Source: an uncultured Selenomonas sp.
GTDB lineage: Bacteria; Bacillota; Negativicutes; Selenomonadales; Selenomonadaceae
Direction of reading: 5' to 3'
Assembly (NCBI GenBank): GCA_902780535.1
Contig: CACZFT010000009.1
Location: 10,900-74,899 of the forward strand
DNA length: 64,000 nt
Shown: piece after piece, positions 1-9,360 of the stretch
Numbering within the stretch: the first letter of the stretch is position 1
Layout of the letters: each line of letters starts with the position of its first letter
Program-made: the position numbers and the translations under genes
Notes under the pieces: generated by a model
What the model saw: only the letters and a program-made list of their open reading frames with translations
The model's database searches: none
Told to the model about the DNA's origin: nothing

Positions 1-1287
1 CACGGCCCACACGCAGATCGGGCCGAACATGTAGATGTCGGTGATCATCTGGATGACGGCAGCCGACTGCGTGACCGCCCCGGCATTCGAAGCAACATAG
101 CCGACCATCGAGAGGAGTCCCGTGATAATGGCACTCGTGAGGCCGGAACCGACCTTCGTGCCGACAGAGCCGCCGGAGAAGATGAGGCCTTCCTGGCGGA
201 CGTGCGTCTTCCACTGGCCGAACTCTACGGCGTCACCAAGGAAGCCGAAGATGACGGACTGGACGGGAGCGAAGCCGATGCCGCGGATGACGCAGCTGAA
301 AACGACCCAGTTGAAATCCGTCGGGTTCAGGAGGAAGATCGCATGGCCGATGAAGCAGATCGCGACACCTGCAAGGCTCATGTTGCGCTTGCCGAATTTT
401 TGGAGGAGGCGCGGGCTGAAGACGGCCATCACGAAGATCGTGACGATCGTCTCGAGGAGATACAGGCCGCTGTAGAGCGAATCATCCTGGAAAATGTACT
501 TGCAGTAATACGGAAGGATCGTTCCTGTGATCGTGAAGATGACGTTCTGCATCATCCAGATCGTCATGCCGATCCAGAAGTACTTGTTGACCGCGAGGCA
601 CTTGAGCGCCTTGCCGACCGGGATTTTTGCGACCTTCGCGCGCGCTTCGATGACAACCGTCTCTTTGCAACGGGAGAAGCAGAAGAGGAGCAAAAGGAGG
701 CCGACGACCGCCCACATGCTCATGACTTCGACCCAGGCCATCTGGCTGTCACCGAATATCTTGACGAGCGGGAGCGTCGCAGAAACTGAAAGGATACGCC
801 CCCATGGCGAGAGGCACATGCGCGTGATGGAAAGCATGTCACGCTCTTTCGAGGAGCGCGTCATCATCGCGGAGAGCGAGCCGTACGGCAGGTTCAGCGC
901 CGTGTAGCAGAACGTCGTGCAGAAGTTGTATGTCACGAAGAGGTACGCGAACTGCATGGCGGTCGAGCCTTGCGGCACCGTGTAGATGAGGACGATAGAG
1001 ATGGCGAACGGAACGCTCATCCACAGAATCCAAGGACGCGATTTGCCCCATTTGGAATTCGTGCGCTCGACGACGAAGCCCATGATGACGTCAGAAAACC
1101 CGTCAAAGCAGCGTGAGAGCAGCATGACCATGCCAACAAGGGCCGGATCAATACCTGCATAGTCCGTGTAGAAGAACGTCAGGATGCCCATAGCACCCCA
1201 TACGACATTCTGCGCCGTATCGCCCAAGCCGTAGGCGATGCGGGTGATCCATGGCAATTTCGCCGTGGCAGCAGATGGATTGCTCAT
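1..1287 (-). CDS. GPH-family sugar (glycoside-pentoside-hexuronide):cation symporter, C-terminus cut by window edge
   Basis: Absent from the ORF track because it runs off nt 1. My translation from ATG at 1287 gives MSNPSAATAKLPWITRIAYGLGDTAQNVVWGAMGILTFFYTDYAGI..., open for 429 codons to nt 1, with multiple hydrophobic helices typical of MelB/UidB-like carriers. Confidence 0.75.
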   Translation of the reverse strand, partial: MSNPSAATAKLPWITRIAYGLGDTAQNVVWGAMGILTFFYTDYAGIDPALVGMVMLLSRCFDGFSDVIMGFVVERTNSKWGKSRPWILWMSVPFAISIVLIYTVPQGSTAMQFAYLFVTYNFCTTFCYTALNLPYGSLSAMMTRSSKERDMLSITRMCLSPWGRILSVSATLPLVKIFGDSQMAWVEVMSMWAVVGLLLLLFCFSRCKETVVIEARAKVAKIPVGKALKCLAVNKYFWIGMTIWMMQNVIFTITGTILPYYCKYIFQDDSLYSGLYLLETIVTIFVMAVFSPRLLQKFGKRNMSLAGVAICFIGHAIFLLNPTDFNWVVFSCVIRGIGFAPVQSVIFGFLGDAVEFGQWKTHVRQEGLIFSGGSVGTKVGSGLTSAIITGLLSMVGYVASNAGAVTQSAAVIQMITDIYMFGPICVWAV

Positions 1288-1486
1288 AATGAATATTCCC
1301 CCTGATATGAAATTGTATCGTGTGATTCATTCCCTATAGTAACTTCATATCCGCCAGGATATTCCCGAAAAACGGCATTCCCCTTCCATTTTCGGGCGCA
1401 AGAAGGACGGCAGCCGCACATGCGATTCCCCCGCTGTCAACTACCGTCCCTAGCTCCTGACATCCTGATTCTATATATTTTTCAGG

Positions 1487-2377
1487 TCAGATGTGCGCTT
1501 TCTCGCGGATGTACGCACGCGCCTTCTTCGCATACTCGAACGGATTGGCCTTCGCCGGATCCTGCTCGGCTTCAACGAGCATCCAGCCTTCATAGTCGCT
1601 CTTCATCACGATGTCGAAGATCGGACCGAAGTCGATGTCGCCATCGCCCGGGACCGTGAACATGCCGGCGCGGACGCCATCGAGGAAGCTCATGTTCTCT
1701 GCCTTGACCTTGTTGCGCATCTCCATGCGGATGTCCTTCAGATGGATATGGCGGATGCGCGGGAGATACTTCTTGAGGATTGCAACTGGATCTTCGCCCG
1801 AGCAGACGAGATGGCCCGTGTCAAAGAGAAGGGAGACATACTCGGGGTTCGTCTGCTCCATGAGGCGGTCGATCTCGGCCGTCGTCTGGACGCACGTGCC
1901 CATGTGATGATGGTACGTCATCGTCAGACCGTAGTCTTCCTTCGCGACTTTGCCGAGCTTGTCGAGGCCTTCCGTCAGCGTCTTCCACTGCTCTTCCGTA
2001 TTAACCGGCTTGCCGGCGAAGACCGGCACATCGAGCTTGCCCTGCACGCTCGTGCCCTGCTCCGCCACGTTGCAGAATTTCGCGCCCATCGCCTGCAGGA
2101 ATGCACAGTGTGCACGGAAATCCTTCTCAACCTGCTCATACGGCTGCGTGAGCAGATAGGAGCTGAACCACGCACTCGCAATCTGCAGTCCGCGGAGATC
2201 GAGCGCCTTTTTGAGGACTTGCGGATCCTTCGGATATTTGTTGCCGACTTCGCAACCTTCGTAACCTGCAAGCGCCATCTCGCTGACGCACTGTTCAAAC
2301 GTGTTCTCTTTGCCGAGATCCGGCATATCATCGTTCGTCCATGCGATTGGAGCGATGCCGAGTTTGATCTTTGCCAT
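1487..2377 (-). CDS. iolE: inosose (2-keto-myo-inositol) dehydratase
   Basis: 296 aa. N-terminus MAKIKLGIAPIAWTNDDMPDLG... and xylose-isomerase-like TIM-barrel signature typical of IolE; adjacent to iolG. Confidence 0.8.
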   Translation of the reverse strand: MAKIKLGIAPIAWTNDDMPDLGKENTFEQCVSEMALAGYEGCEVGNKYPKDPQVLKKALDLRGLQIASAWFSSYLLTQPYEQVEKDFRAHCAFLQAMGAKFCNVAEQGTSVQGKLDVPVFAGKPVNTEEQWKTLTEGLDKLGKVAKEDYGLTMTYHHHMGTCVQTTAEIDRLMEQTNPEYVSLLFDTGHLVCSGEDPVAILKKYLPRIRHIHLKDIRMEMRNKVKAENMSFLDGVRAGMFTVPGDGDIDFGPIFDIVMKSDYEGWMLVEAEQDPAKANPFEYAKKARAYIREKAHI

Positions 2378-2429
2378 AGGATGTTCCTCCTCGTGATTTC
2401 TTTATGTGTTTGTGCGTGCGTCCTGAAAA

Positions 2430-3455
2430 TCAGAGGCCGTACTCTGCGCGGATTTCCGCGACCTTGACGGGACGGTGCTCTTCGACGGACTTCTTCGCAG
2501 CAAGGCCGATGAGGACCGGCTGCAGGCCGTCGTTCGCGTTGACCGGCGTCTCTTTGTCATTGACGATGGCTTCGACAAACTCATTGACCTCGCTGGCATA
2601 TGCCATCATGTAGCGCTCAAGGAAGAAGAACATCGGCTTCTCGGCGATGACGCCGTCCTTGCAGCTGTAGACCGCATTGGAATCAGAATCATTTGAAATT
2701 GCGACGCAGCCCTTCGTGCCGAAGACTTCAGCGCGCTGATCGTAACCGTAGCAAGCTGCGCGGCAGTTGTCGATGACGGCCGTAGCGCCGTTCGCGAGTT
2801 TCATCGTAATGACCGCCGTGTCAATGTCGCCAGCCTTGCCAATCTCAGGATCCACCGTAACGGAACCCTCTGCATAGACCTCTTCGACTTCCGAGCCGGA
2901 GAGATAGCGGACCATGTCGAAATCATGGATCGTCATGTCGAGGAAGATGCCGCCCGAAACCTTCACGTAATCGATGGAAGGCGGCTCCGGATCACGGGAC
3001 GTGATCTTGATGATCTGCTGCTTGCCAACCTTACCGGCCTTCACAGCCTCGTGAATGGCACGGAAGTTATGGTCGAAGCGGCGGTTGAAACCGACCTGGT
3101 ATTTCTTGCCCGTCTCTTTGACAACTTCGAGGACTTCCTTGATCTTGTTGACATCATGGTCGATCGGCTTCTCGCAGAAGACGTGCTTGCCAGCTTTCAG
3201 AGCCTCGATGGACAACGGGGAGTGCTGATCCGTCGATGCGCAGATGAGGACGGCTGTGATTTCCGGATCATTCAAGATCTCATGGTAGTCTTTCGTCGTT
3301 TTCTCGACGCCGAGGGACTTCGCCCAGGCTTCCGTCTTTTCGTTCATGAACGGATCCGCGATCGTCTTGACCGTAGCGTTTTTGACGAACTTCGAGATGC
3401 TTTCTCCATGCACATGGCCGATACGGCCTGCTCCGATGATACCGACTTTGATCAT
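2430..3455 (-). CDS. iolG: myo-inositol 2-dehydrogenase (Gfo/Idh/MocA family)
   Basis: 341 aa. N-terminal Rossmann motif MIKVGIIGAGRIGHVH, then EKP and GGxFLDMxIHDFD motifs characteristic of IolG-type oxidoreductases. Confidence 0.8.
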   Translation of the reverse strand: MIKVGIIGAGRIGHVHGESISKFVKNATVKTIADPFMNEKTEAWAKSLGVEKTTKDYHEILNDPEITAVLICASTDQHSPLSIEALKAGKHVFCEKPIDHDVNKIKEVLEVVKETGKKYQVGFNRRFDHNFRAIHEAVKAGKVGKQQIIKITSRDPEPPSIDYVKVSGGIFLDMTIHDFDMVRYLSGSEVEEVYAEGSVTVDPEIGKAGDIDTAVITMKLANGATAVIDNCRAACYGYDQRAEVFGTKGCVAISNDSDSNAVYSCKDGVIAEKPMFFFLERYMMAYASEVNEFVEAIVNDKETPVNANDGLQPVLIGLAAKKSVEEHRPVKVAEIRAEYGL

Positions 3456-3749
3456 TTCAAAGTTCCACCTTTCTCAACGACCCCATTCTTCGGGGTTTCT
3501 TTGTTCACTTGATGTATATATTATAGAGCTATTTTGGAACATATTCCTATAAAATAGTGGCATCTTTGTTTTTCTGCATGTCCATGTTTTCGAAATTTTT
3601 CATTCTTTTTTCGCGTCGGACTATAAAATCTTGCACTCTGTATTCTTATTTCATCAGAATCTGCGCGATTTGCAACGAATTTTTTGCACAACAAGGCAAA
3701 ACAGGCGCTGCACTGATTCATGCAACGCCTGTTCGAAGGAAAGACTTTG

Positions 3750-3758
3750 TGCTAAAAT
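3750..3758 (+). promoter_or_regulatory. extended -10 promoter (TGcTAAAAT) for small peptide transcript
   Basis: tttgTGcTAAAATaaag. The predicted start falls at the foot of a 5' stem-loop (3766-3797: GCGCC..GTCATG / CATGAC..GGCGC). Confidence 0.35.
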
Positions 3759-3823
3759 AAAGCAAGCGCCCCGTCATGCGGGAACATGACGAGGCGCCAA
3801 AACTGAATACAGGAGGTGGTACC

Positions 3824-3922
3824 ATGGACTTGGAAACGAAAACCTTCAAACTCCACGTTTCCAGCAAGTTTGTACTCGCGGTCGCGACTGCGCTCTGCAT
3901 GCTTGCAGCAATCCGATGGTAG
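3824..3922 (+). CDS. 32-aa hydrophobic peptide, type I toxin-like
   Basis: Below ORF-track size cutoff. AGGAGG (3811-3816) lies 7 nt before the ATG. Translation MDLETKTFKLHVSSKFVLAVATALCMLAAIRW has one predicted TM helix. It has its own promoter and terminator. Confidence 0.4.
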   Translation: MDLETKTFKLHVSSKFVLAVATALCMLAAIRW

Positions 3923-3945
3923 AACCGTCGATTGTACTCAACCGA

Positions 3946-3972
3946 AGGGCGCTGGTGACACAGCGCTCTTTT
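3946..3972 (+). terminator. rho-independent terminator of the small peptide transcript
   Basis: 9-bp stem AGGGCGCTG / CAGCGCTCT with 6-nt loop, followed by a TTTT run. Confidence 0.45.
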
Positions 3973-3993
3973 GGTATCTCTGTATCTACGCTT

Positions 3994-4002
3994 ATGATAC
4001 CA
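3994..4002 (-). promoter_or_regulatory. antisense extended -10 promoter (TGgTATCAT) convergent on the peptide gene
   Basis: Minus strand reads cacgTGgTATCATaagcg. A transcript from here would be antisense to 3824-3922 and could stop at the 3766-3797 hairpin, which on the minus strand is followed by TTGCTTTATTTT. Confidence 0.3.
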
Positions 4003-4037
4003 CGTGATCCTGAAAGAATCAAGATTTTCCGGCCGTT

Positions 4038-5693
4038 TCATCCTGCCTTCACGACCACCTGCTTCTTGCAGAATGCGATGCCGTAGCGCCAGACGTCTGC
4101 GACGCCTGCGGTCTGGAAGTCGGCGAGGTATGCTTTTTCCTCAATCTGCTGGCAGGCGGCTTCTGCGGCGGCAGCGAGTTCTTCTTCTTTGACCGCCTTG
4201 AATTCCAGCAGGATTCCCGGCAGATTTTCTTTCTTCGGAAAGAAGGCGAGGTCGAACCGCCCGTAGCCGCTCTCTTTGTTCGACTGGATGCGGTAACGCT
4301 TTTCGAGCCAGACCGTCAGGCCGAGCATGAAACCATGGTAAACGCTCTCGGGATGAGCGGCATCATGGCAGCTGACGAAGCTGCGCAGGACGGTCTGCAG
4401 ATCTTCTTCAAACTCCTCGGTGTCGCCTTCCTGCATCGCTGTCAGGAAATCATAGAGGATGTTCATGTCATCGTAGCTGAGATACTTCATGAGCTCGCGA
4501 CGGAAAACGGAACGAAGCTCGCGGTTTGGAAGGGCAAGGTCATACCATATGGCATCGTCTTCCTTCGTGCGACCGACGCATTTGAGATAGCCCGTCGTCA
4601 GGAGTAGCGCATAGAGATTCGCCCGATGTTCCTCGATGTCCTGATAGATGAAGGAATCTTCGACCTGCGTGCAGATGGTTTTTCCCTCCATGAGGCGCGC
4701 AAAATCGCGTGCACGCTTCTGGTCGATGCGTTCGAGCATCGTCTGGAGGATGCTGTTGCCAGACGTGTTGACCCAATAGGCGTCCGCCTCGCAGTTCTCG
4801 CTGAAATAATTGTTGACCGACCACGGGTTGTAGATTTCCGTGCCCTGGAAATCATAGCCATCGTACCAGGACGCGAGCTCTTCGAGCTTGTCTTCATGCC
4901 CGAGGTCATGCGCGAGCTTTGAGACTTCCGCCTTCGTGTAGCCGCAGGCATCAGCAAAGCCGCCGCGCAGGACCGTCGAAACTTTGAGGTTGTTGAGCCC
5001 GCTGAAGATGCTTTCCTTCGCGATGCGCAGCACGCCCGTAAGGATGGCGAAGTCGAGCGCAGGATTCGATTTCAGCGCCGAGGCGAAGAAACCGCGATAG
5101 AAGTCGATGGCATCTTTGTAGTATCCATGCGACCACGCCGACTGGAGCGGCGCGTCGTACTCGTCAATCAGCAGCACGGCGTTCCGCCCGTAATGGTCGC
5201 GGAGCATCTCGCACAGGAGCGGCAGGGCGCGACGCATGAGTCCGAGGTCGCCTTCCCGATTCCAGAGCCGTTCAAAATCCTTCTTATCTTTCGATGAAAC
5301 CTTGTCGCTCTCCAGAAGATAACGGAGCGGCCGGCAGGCGCTCTGCAAACCGAACGCAATGAATTCCTGCATCGATTCCCAGGTATTCGAATCCCAATCG
5401 CGGAGCGTCATGAACACAACGGGCCGCGTGCCCTGCTCTGCCATGGCGACAGGGTCGTCCATGACTTTGAGCCCTTCGAAGAGCTTCCGATGTTCCTCAG
5501 CATCCTCGATGTCGAGGAACTGCTGCGTCATGGAAAGGAGCAGCGTCTTGCCGAAGCGGCGCGGCCGCGTGATGAGCGTCACGTCCGCGTGGCCACGGAA
5601 AAAATCGCTGAGGAACGTCGTCTTATCTACAAAATAATAATTTGCGCGGAGCTTTGCAAAATACTCCGTGCCGATCGGCAGAACCGTCTTCAT
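4038..5693 (-). CDS. AAA-ATPase-like protein with C-terminal PD-(D/E)XK nuclease-like domain
   Basis: N-terminus MKTVLPIGTEYFAKLRANYYFVDKT...ITRPRRFGKTLLLSM (Walker A-like). The C-terminal ...SGYGRFDLAFFPK...ILLEFK block is typical of the predicted-AAA-ATPase/PDDEXK fusion family. Start moved to the ATG at 5693, which has a GGAGGGAG RBS. Confidence 0.7.
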   Translation of the reverse strand: MKTVLPIGTEYFAKLRANYYFVDKTTFLSDFFRGHADVTLITRPRRFGKTLLLSMTQQFLDIEDAEEHRKLFEGLKVMDDPVAMAEQGTRPVVFMTLRDWDSNTWESMQEFIAFGLQSACRPLRYLLESDKVSSKDKKDFERLWNREGDLGLMRRALPLLCEMLRDHYGRNAVLLIDEYDAPLQSAWSHGYYKDAIDFYRGFFASALKSNPALDFAILTGVLRIAKESIFSGLNNLKVSTVLRGGFADACGYTKAEVSKLAHDLGHEDKLEELASWYDGYDFQGTEIYNPWSVNNYFSENCEADAYWVNTSGNSILQTMLERIDQKRARDFARLMEGKTICTQVEDSFIYQDIEEHRANLYALLLTTGYLKCVGRTKEDDAIWYDLALPNRELRSVFRRELMKYLSYDDMNILYDFLTAMQEGDTEEFEEDLQTVLRSFVSCHDAAHPESVYHGFMLGLTVWLEKRYRIQSNKESGYGRFDLAFFPKKENLPGILLEFKAVKEEELAAAAEAACQQIEEKAYLADFQTAGVADVWRYGIAFCKKQVVVKAG

Positions 5694-5791
5694 TGCAATC
5701 TCCCTCCTGCACAAAAAACTCGTGCTGTCTATCTATGGATAGTATAGCACGAGTTTCCTTGTTTTGTCGCAGCTTGTTTTTCGTACGGTTT

Positions 5792-7009
5792 TCAGTACGC
5801 CGGCACGCCGCCGACGATGGTATGGAGGATCTCGACCTGCCGGTCGAAGATCGTGATGTCGGCGCGCTTGCCGGGGGCGAGGCTGCCGCGCTCGGCGTAG
5901 AGGCCGAGGTCTTTGGCCGGCGTTTTCGTGACGGTCTCGATGACCTGCTCGATAGGAGCGCCGGTATTTGCCTGGAAGCGCTGGATGCAGTGATTGAGCG
6001 TCGCGATGCTCGCGGCGATGGTGCCGTCGGCGAGCAGGGCGCGTTCGCCCCGGACGGTGACTTCGTGGCCGCCGAATTCATACGTGCCGTCGCCGAGGCC
6101 GCAGGCGCGCATGGAGTCGGTGACGAGGATGAGCCCCGCCGGCCCTTTCAGCCGCCAGACGAGGCGCTGGACGGCCGGGGCGATGTGAATGTTGTCGCAG
6201 ATGAGCTCGACGCGGGCATCCGTATCGAGTGCCGCGCCGACCGTGCCGGGACGGCGATGATGGAGGCCCGTCATCGCATTGAAGAGATGCGTGAAATGAT
6301 GGACGCCATGCGAGCGCACGGCAGCGGCTGCCATTTCATACGTCGCGGCCGTATGACCGATGGAGACGGTGATGCCCGCCTTCTCGCACTGCTCGATAAA
6401 GCTCCAGTCGTGCTCCTCCGGCGTTGTTTCCGTCGGGTGCGGCTTCGTCGTATCAGAGAGCGGCAGTTCCTCCGGTGCGAGCGTCACGAGACGCACGACG
6501 TCAGCAAACGGCGCGAGCTTGGGAAAGTCGGCAGGGAGGATGTTCGTTTCCTCCTGCGAGCCCTTCTCGGCCGGACTGATGAACGGCCCCTCCATATGCG
6601 CGCCGAGGATGTCGGCGCCGCGCCCGTGCTGCTGCATGGCCGCGCGGACGCGCGCGAGCGCTCCCGCGATCTGCTCCCACGGGCAGGTCATGGTCGTCGG
6701 CAGAAAGCCGGTCACGCCCATCGCGGCCTGCTCCTCCCGCAGGATGTCGAACGTATCGCCTTCATGATCCATGGTGTCGGCACCGCCGCAGCCATGGATA
6801 TGAACGTTCAGAAATCCCGGGGAGACATAGGCACCGTCCGCATCGATGACATCGTCCATCGGGAGATTCCCATACTTCTTGTTGTATGTTTCAGGATCCA
6901 CGATGGCCTGGATGCCGGTTTCATCATAGACGAGCGCTTTGCCATCTGCGATGACGAAATCGTCGTTTTCATCCGGCAGGATCAGCCTGCCCTGTACGAT
7001 TGCCTTCAC
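5792..7009 (-). CDS. nagA: N-acetylglucosamine-6-phosphate deacetylase
   Basis: 405 aa. Contains GFLNVHIHGCGGADTMD metal-binding motif and amidohydrolase fold pattern; lies within the amino-sugar cluster. Confidence 0.85.
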   Translation of the reverse strand: MKAIVQGRLILPDENDDFVIADGKALVYDETGIQAIVDPETYNKKYGNLPMDDVIDADGAYVSPGFLNVHIHGCGGADTMDHEGDTFDILREEQAAMGVTGFLPTTMTCPWEQIAGALARVRAAMQQHGRGADILGAHMEGPFISPAEKGSQEETNILPADFPKLAPFADVVRLVTLAPEELPLSDTTKPHPTETTPEEHDWSFIEQCEKAGITVSIGHTAATYEMAAAAVRSHGVHHFTHLFNAMTGLHHRRPGTVGAALDTDARVELICDNIHIAPAVQRLVWRLKGPAGLILVTDSMRACGLGDGTYEFGGHEVTVRGERALLADGTIAASIATLNHCIQRFQANTGAPIEQVIETVTKTPAKDLGLYAERGSLAPGKRADITIFDRQVEILHTIVGGVPAY

Positions 7010-7044
7010 TTCGAAAAACCTCTCTCGTCACGGCTGGAATCGTC

Positions 7045-8628
7045 TTACTTCTTCTGCAAGGCTTCTTCGAGCTCGTTGTTGATGATCGTGACCTGCGGGC
7101 CGTAGATGACCTGCACGCCCGTGCCGCTCTGGAGGACGCCGCGCGAGCCGCTTTCCTTGAGCAGGCGCTCGCTGACCTTCTTGCCGTCCTTGACGGTGAC
7201 GCGCAGGCGCGTCGCGCAGCAGTCGACTTCGACGATGTTCTCGCGGCCGCCGAGGCCATCGATGATGAGCTGCGTGCGCAGTGCATCGCCGCTGCCCTGC
7301 GGCATGGCCGCCGCCACCGGTTCGTCGTCCGTCTCATCTTCGCGTCCCGGCGTCTTGAGGTTGAACTTTGTGATGAGGAAGCGGAACGAGAAGTAGTAGA
7401 GGAAGAACCACGGGATGCCGATCATCGGCACGTAGATCCAGTTCGTCTTGTCGACGCCCTGCAGGATGCCGAAGAGGATGAAGTCGATGCAGCCGCCCGA
7501 GAACGTCTGGCCGATCGTGATGGAGAAGATGTGCGCGAGCATGAATGCGCAGCCATCAAAGAAGGCATGGAGCACGTAGAGCGCCGGCGCCACGAAGAGG
7601 AACGAGAACTCGATCGGCTCCGTGATGCCCGTGAGGAACGACGTGAGGCCGGCCGAGAGCAGCAGCGAGCCGATGACTTTCTTGTTCTCCGGTTTCGCCG
7701 TGTGGTACATGGCGAGGCAGGCGCCGAGCAGGCCGAACATCATCGTGATGAAGCGGCCGGACATGAAGCGCGACGTGCCGATGTAGAACTTCGTCGTCTC
7801 CGGGTCGCCGAGCTGCGCGAAGAAGATGCGCTGCGTGCCCTCGACGAGCTGGCCGTTGATGATTTCCGAGCCGCCGAGCGCCGTCGTCCAGAACGGCAGG
7901 TAGAAGATGTGGTGCAGGCCGAACGGGCCGAGCATGCGCAGTACGAAGCCGTAGATCAGCGTGCCGATGTAGCCCGTCGAATCGACGATGGCGCCCATGC
8001 CGAAGATGATCTTCTGGAAATGCGGCCAGACGACGAACATGATGCAGCCGAGGAAGATGGCCGAAAACGAGCAGATGATCGGCACGAAGCGCGAGCCGCC
8101 GAAGAAGCCGAGGAACTGCGGCAGCTCGGCCTTGTTGTACCGCTTGTGCAAAAGATACGTCATGATGCCGACGACGACACCGCCGAAGACGCCCGTCTCA
8201 AGCGTCTGGATGCCAAGCGCCATGCCCTGGCCGACGCCCGCGAGGTTGTCTTTCGCAAGCGTGCCCGTGATCTGCAGCAGTGCGTTGATCGTCGAGTTCA
8301 TGACGAGGAACGCGAGGACGGCTGCGAGGCCTGCCGTGCCCTTGTCCGTGCGCGCGAGGCCGACCGCGATGCCGACGGCGAAGAGGATGGCGAGGTTCGC
8401 GAAGACGATATTGCCCGCGTTCGCCATGATGATGAAGATGTCCTGCAGCCAGCCGATGTCGAGGAACGGGTAGGCCTTGATCGTGTTCGGATTCGAGAAC
8501 GCGCCGCCGATGCCGAGCAGGATACCTGCGGCCGGCAGGACGGCGATGGGCAGCATGAACGATTTGCCGAAGCGCTGCGCCTTGGCAAAGAACGAACTGT
8601 TGCTGCCTGCCTGTGTGAAATCTTTCAT
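7045..8628 (-). CDS. PTS sugar transporter subunit EIICB (glucose/N-acetylglucosamine family)
   Basis: 527 aa. Polytopic EIIC N-terminal part and a C-terminal EIIB domain with the EVDCCATRLRVTVKD phospho-cysteine motif. Confidence 0.85.
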   Translation of the reverse strand: MKDFTQAGSNSSFFAKAQRFGKSFMLPIAVLPAAGILLGIGGAFSNPNTIKAYPFLDIGWLQDIFIIMANAGNIVFANLAILFAVGIAVGLARTDKGTAGLAAVLAFLVMNSTINALLQITGTLAKDNLAGVGQGMALGIQTLETGVFGGVVVGIMTYLLHKRYNKAELPQFLGFFGGSRFVPIICSFSAIFLGCIMFVVWPHFQKIIFGMGAIVDSTGYIGTLIYGFVLRMLGPFGLHHIFYLPFWTTALGGSEIINGQLVEGTQRIFFAQLGDPETTKFYIGTSRFMSGRFITMMFGLLGACLAMYHTAKPENKKVIGSLLLSAGLTSFLTGITEPIEFSFLFVAPALYVLHAFFDGCAFMLAHIFSITIGQTFSGGCIDFILFGILQGVDKTNWIYVPMIGIPWFFLYYFSFRFLITKFNLKTPGREDETDDEPVAAAMPQGSGDALRTQLIIDGLGGRENIVEVDCCATRLRVTVKDGKKVSERLLKESGSRGVLQSGTGVQVIYGPQVTIINNELEEALQKK

Positions 8629-8676
8629 GGATTTCCCCTCCTAGCAAGTAGTATGACGAAGATGTGCGTGAAATCT

Positions 8677-9351
8677 TCAGCCGAGGGCGCGGACGAAGCG
8701 CGCCGTGATGAGCTGCGGCCGCGTGATGGCCGAGCCGACGATGGCGCCGAACGCCCCGAGCTCCATCGCGAGATGGAGGTCTTCCGGCGTGTTGATGCGC
8801 CCTTCGGCAAAGACGGGGACGGAGGCGTCGTGGACGAGGCGCGCGATCAGGCCGAAATCCGGGCCGTCGTGCTTCTCCGATTCCTCCGTGTAGCCCGCCA
8901 TCGTCGTCGAGATGGCGTCCGCGCCGAGCTTTTCGGCCGCGATGCCTTCCTCATACGTCGAGATGTCTGCGAGCACGAGCTTGCCGCCCGCATGGACGCG
9001 GTCGACGAGATCCTTTGCCTGCTCCCCCTCTGGATGCGGGCGGTCGGTCAGGTCGATCGCGATGACCTCGCACGGCGCGGCGAGCAGCGCATCGACTTCG
9101 CGATGCGTCGGCGTGATGTAGATGGGCGAGCCGTCGTACGGCTGCTTGATCAGCCCGAAGATGGGCAGGTCGACGACCCGCCGGATCTCCTCGATGTCCT
9201 CGACGCTCTGCGCCCGGATGCCGGCCGCGCCGCCTTCCGCAGCAGCGCGCGCCATGCGCCCCATGATGAACGAACTGTGAAGCGGCTCGTCTGGCAATGC
9301 CTGGCACGAGACCGTCAGCTTCCCCTTGAGCTGATTCCAGAATGCGTCCAT
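8677..9351 (-). CDS. nanE: N-acetylmannosamine-6-phosphate 2-epimerase
   Basis: 224 aa. LTVSCQALPDEPLH...IRAQSVEDI...IFGLIK pattern typical of NanE. Confidence 0.85.
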   Translation of the reverse strand: MDAFWNQLKGKLTVSCQALPDEPLHSSFIMGRMARAAAEGGAAGIRAQSVEDIEEIRRVVDLPIFGLIKQPYDGSPIYITPTHREVDALLAAPCEVIAIDLTDRPHPEGEQAKDLVDRVHAGGKLVLADISTYEEGIAAEKLGADAISTTMAGYTEESEKHDGPDFGLIARLVHDASVPVFAEGRINTPEDLHLAMELGAFGAIVGSAITRPQLITARFVRALG

Positions 9352-9360
9352 GGTTTCCTC

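Noticed and set aside
3800-4000. Minus-strand structured region as 6S RNA, SRP RNA or tmRNA
   Set aside because: None of the conserved motifs I know for these RNAs is present. The plus-strand mini-ORF with a perfect RBS, promoter and terminator explains the region better. It is kept only as the antisense partner in the type I TA hypothesis.
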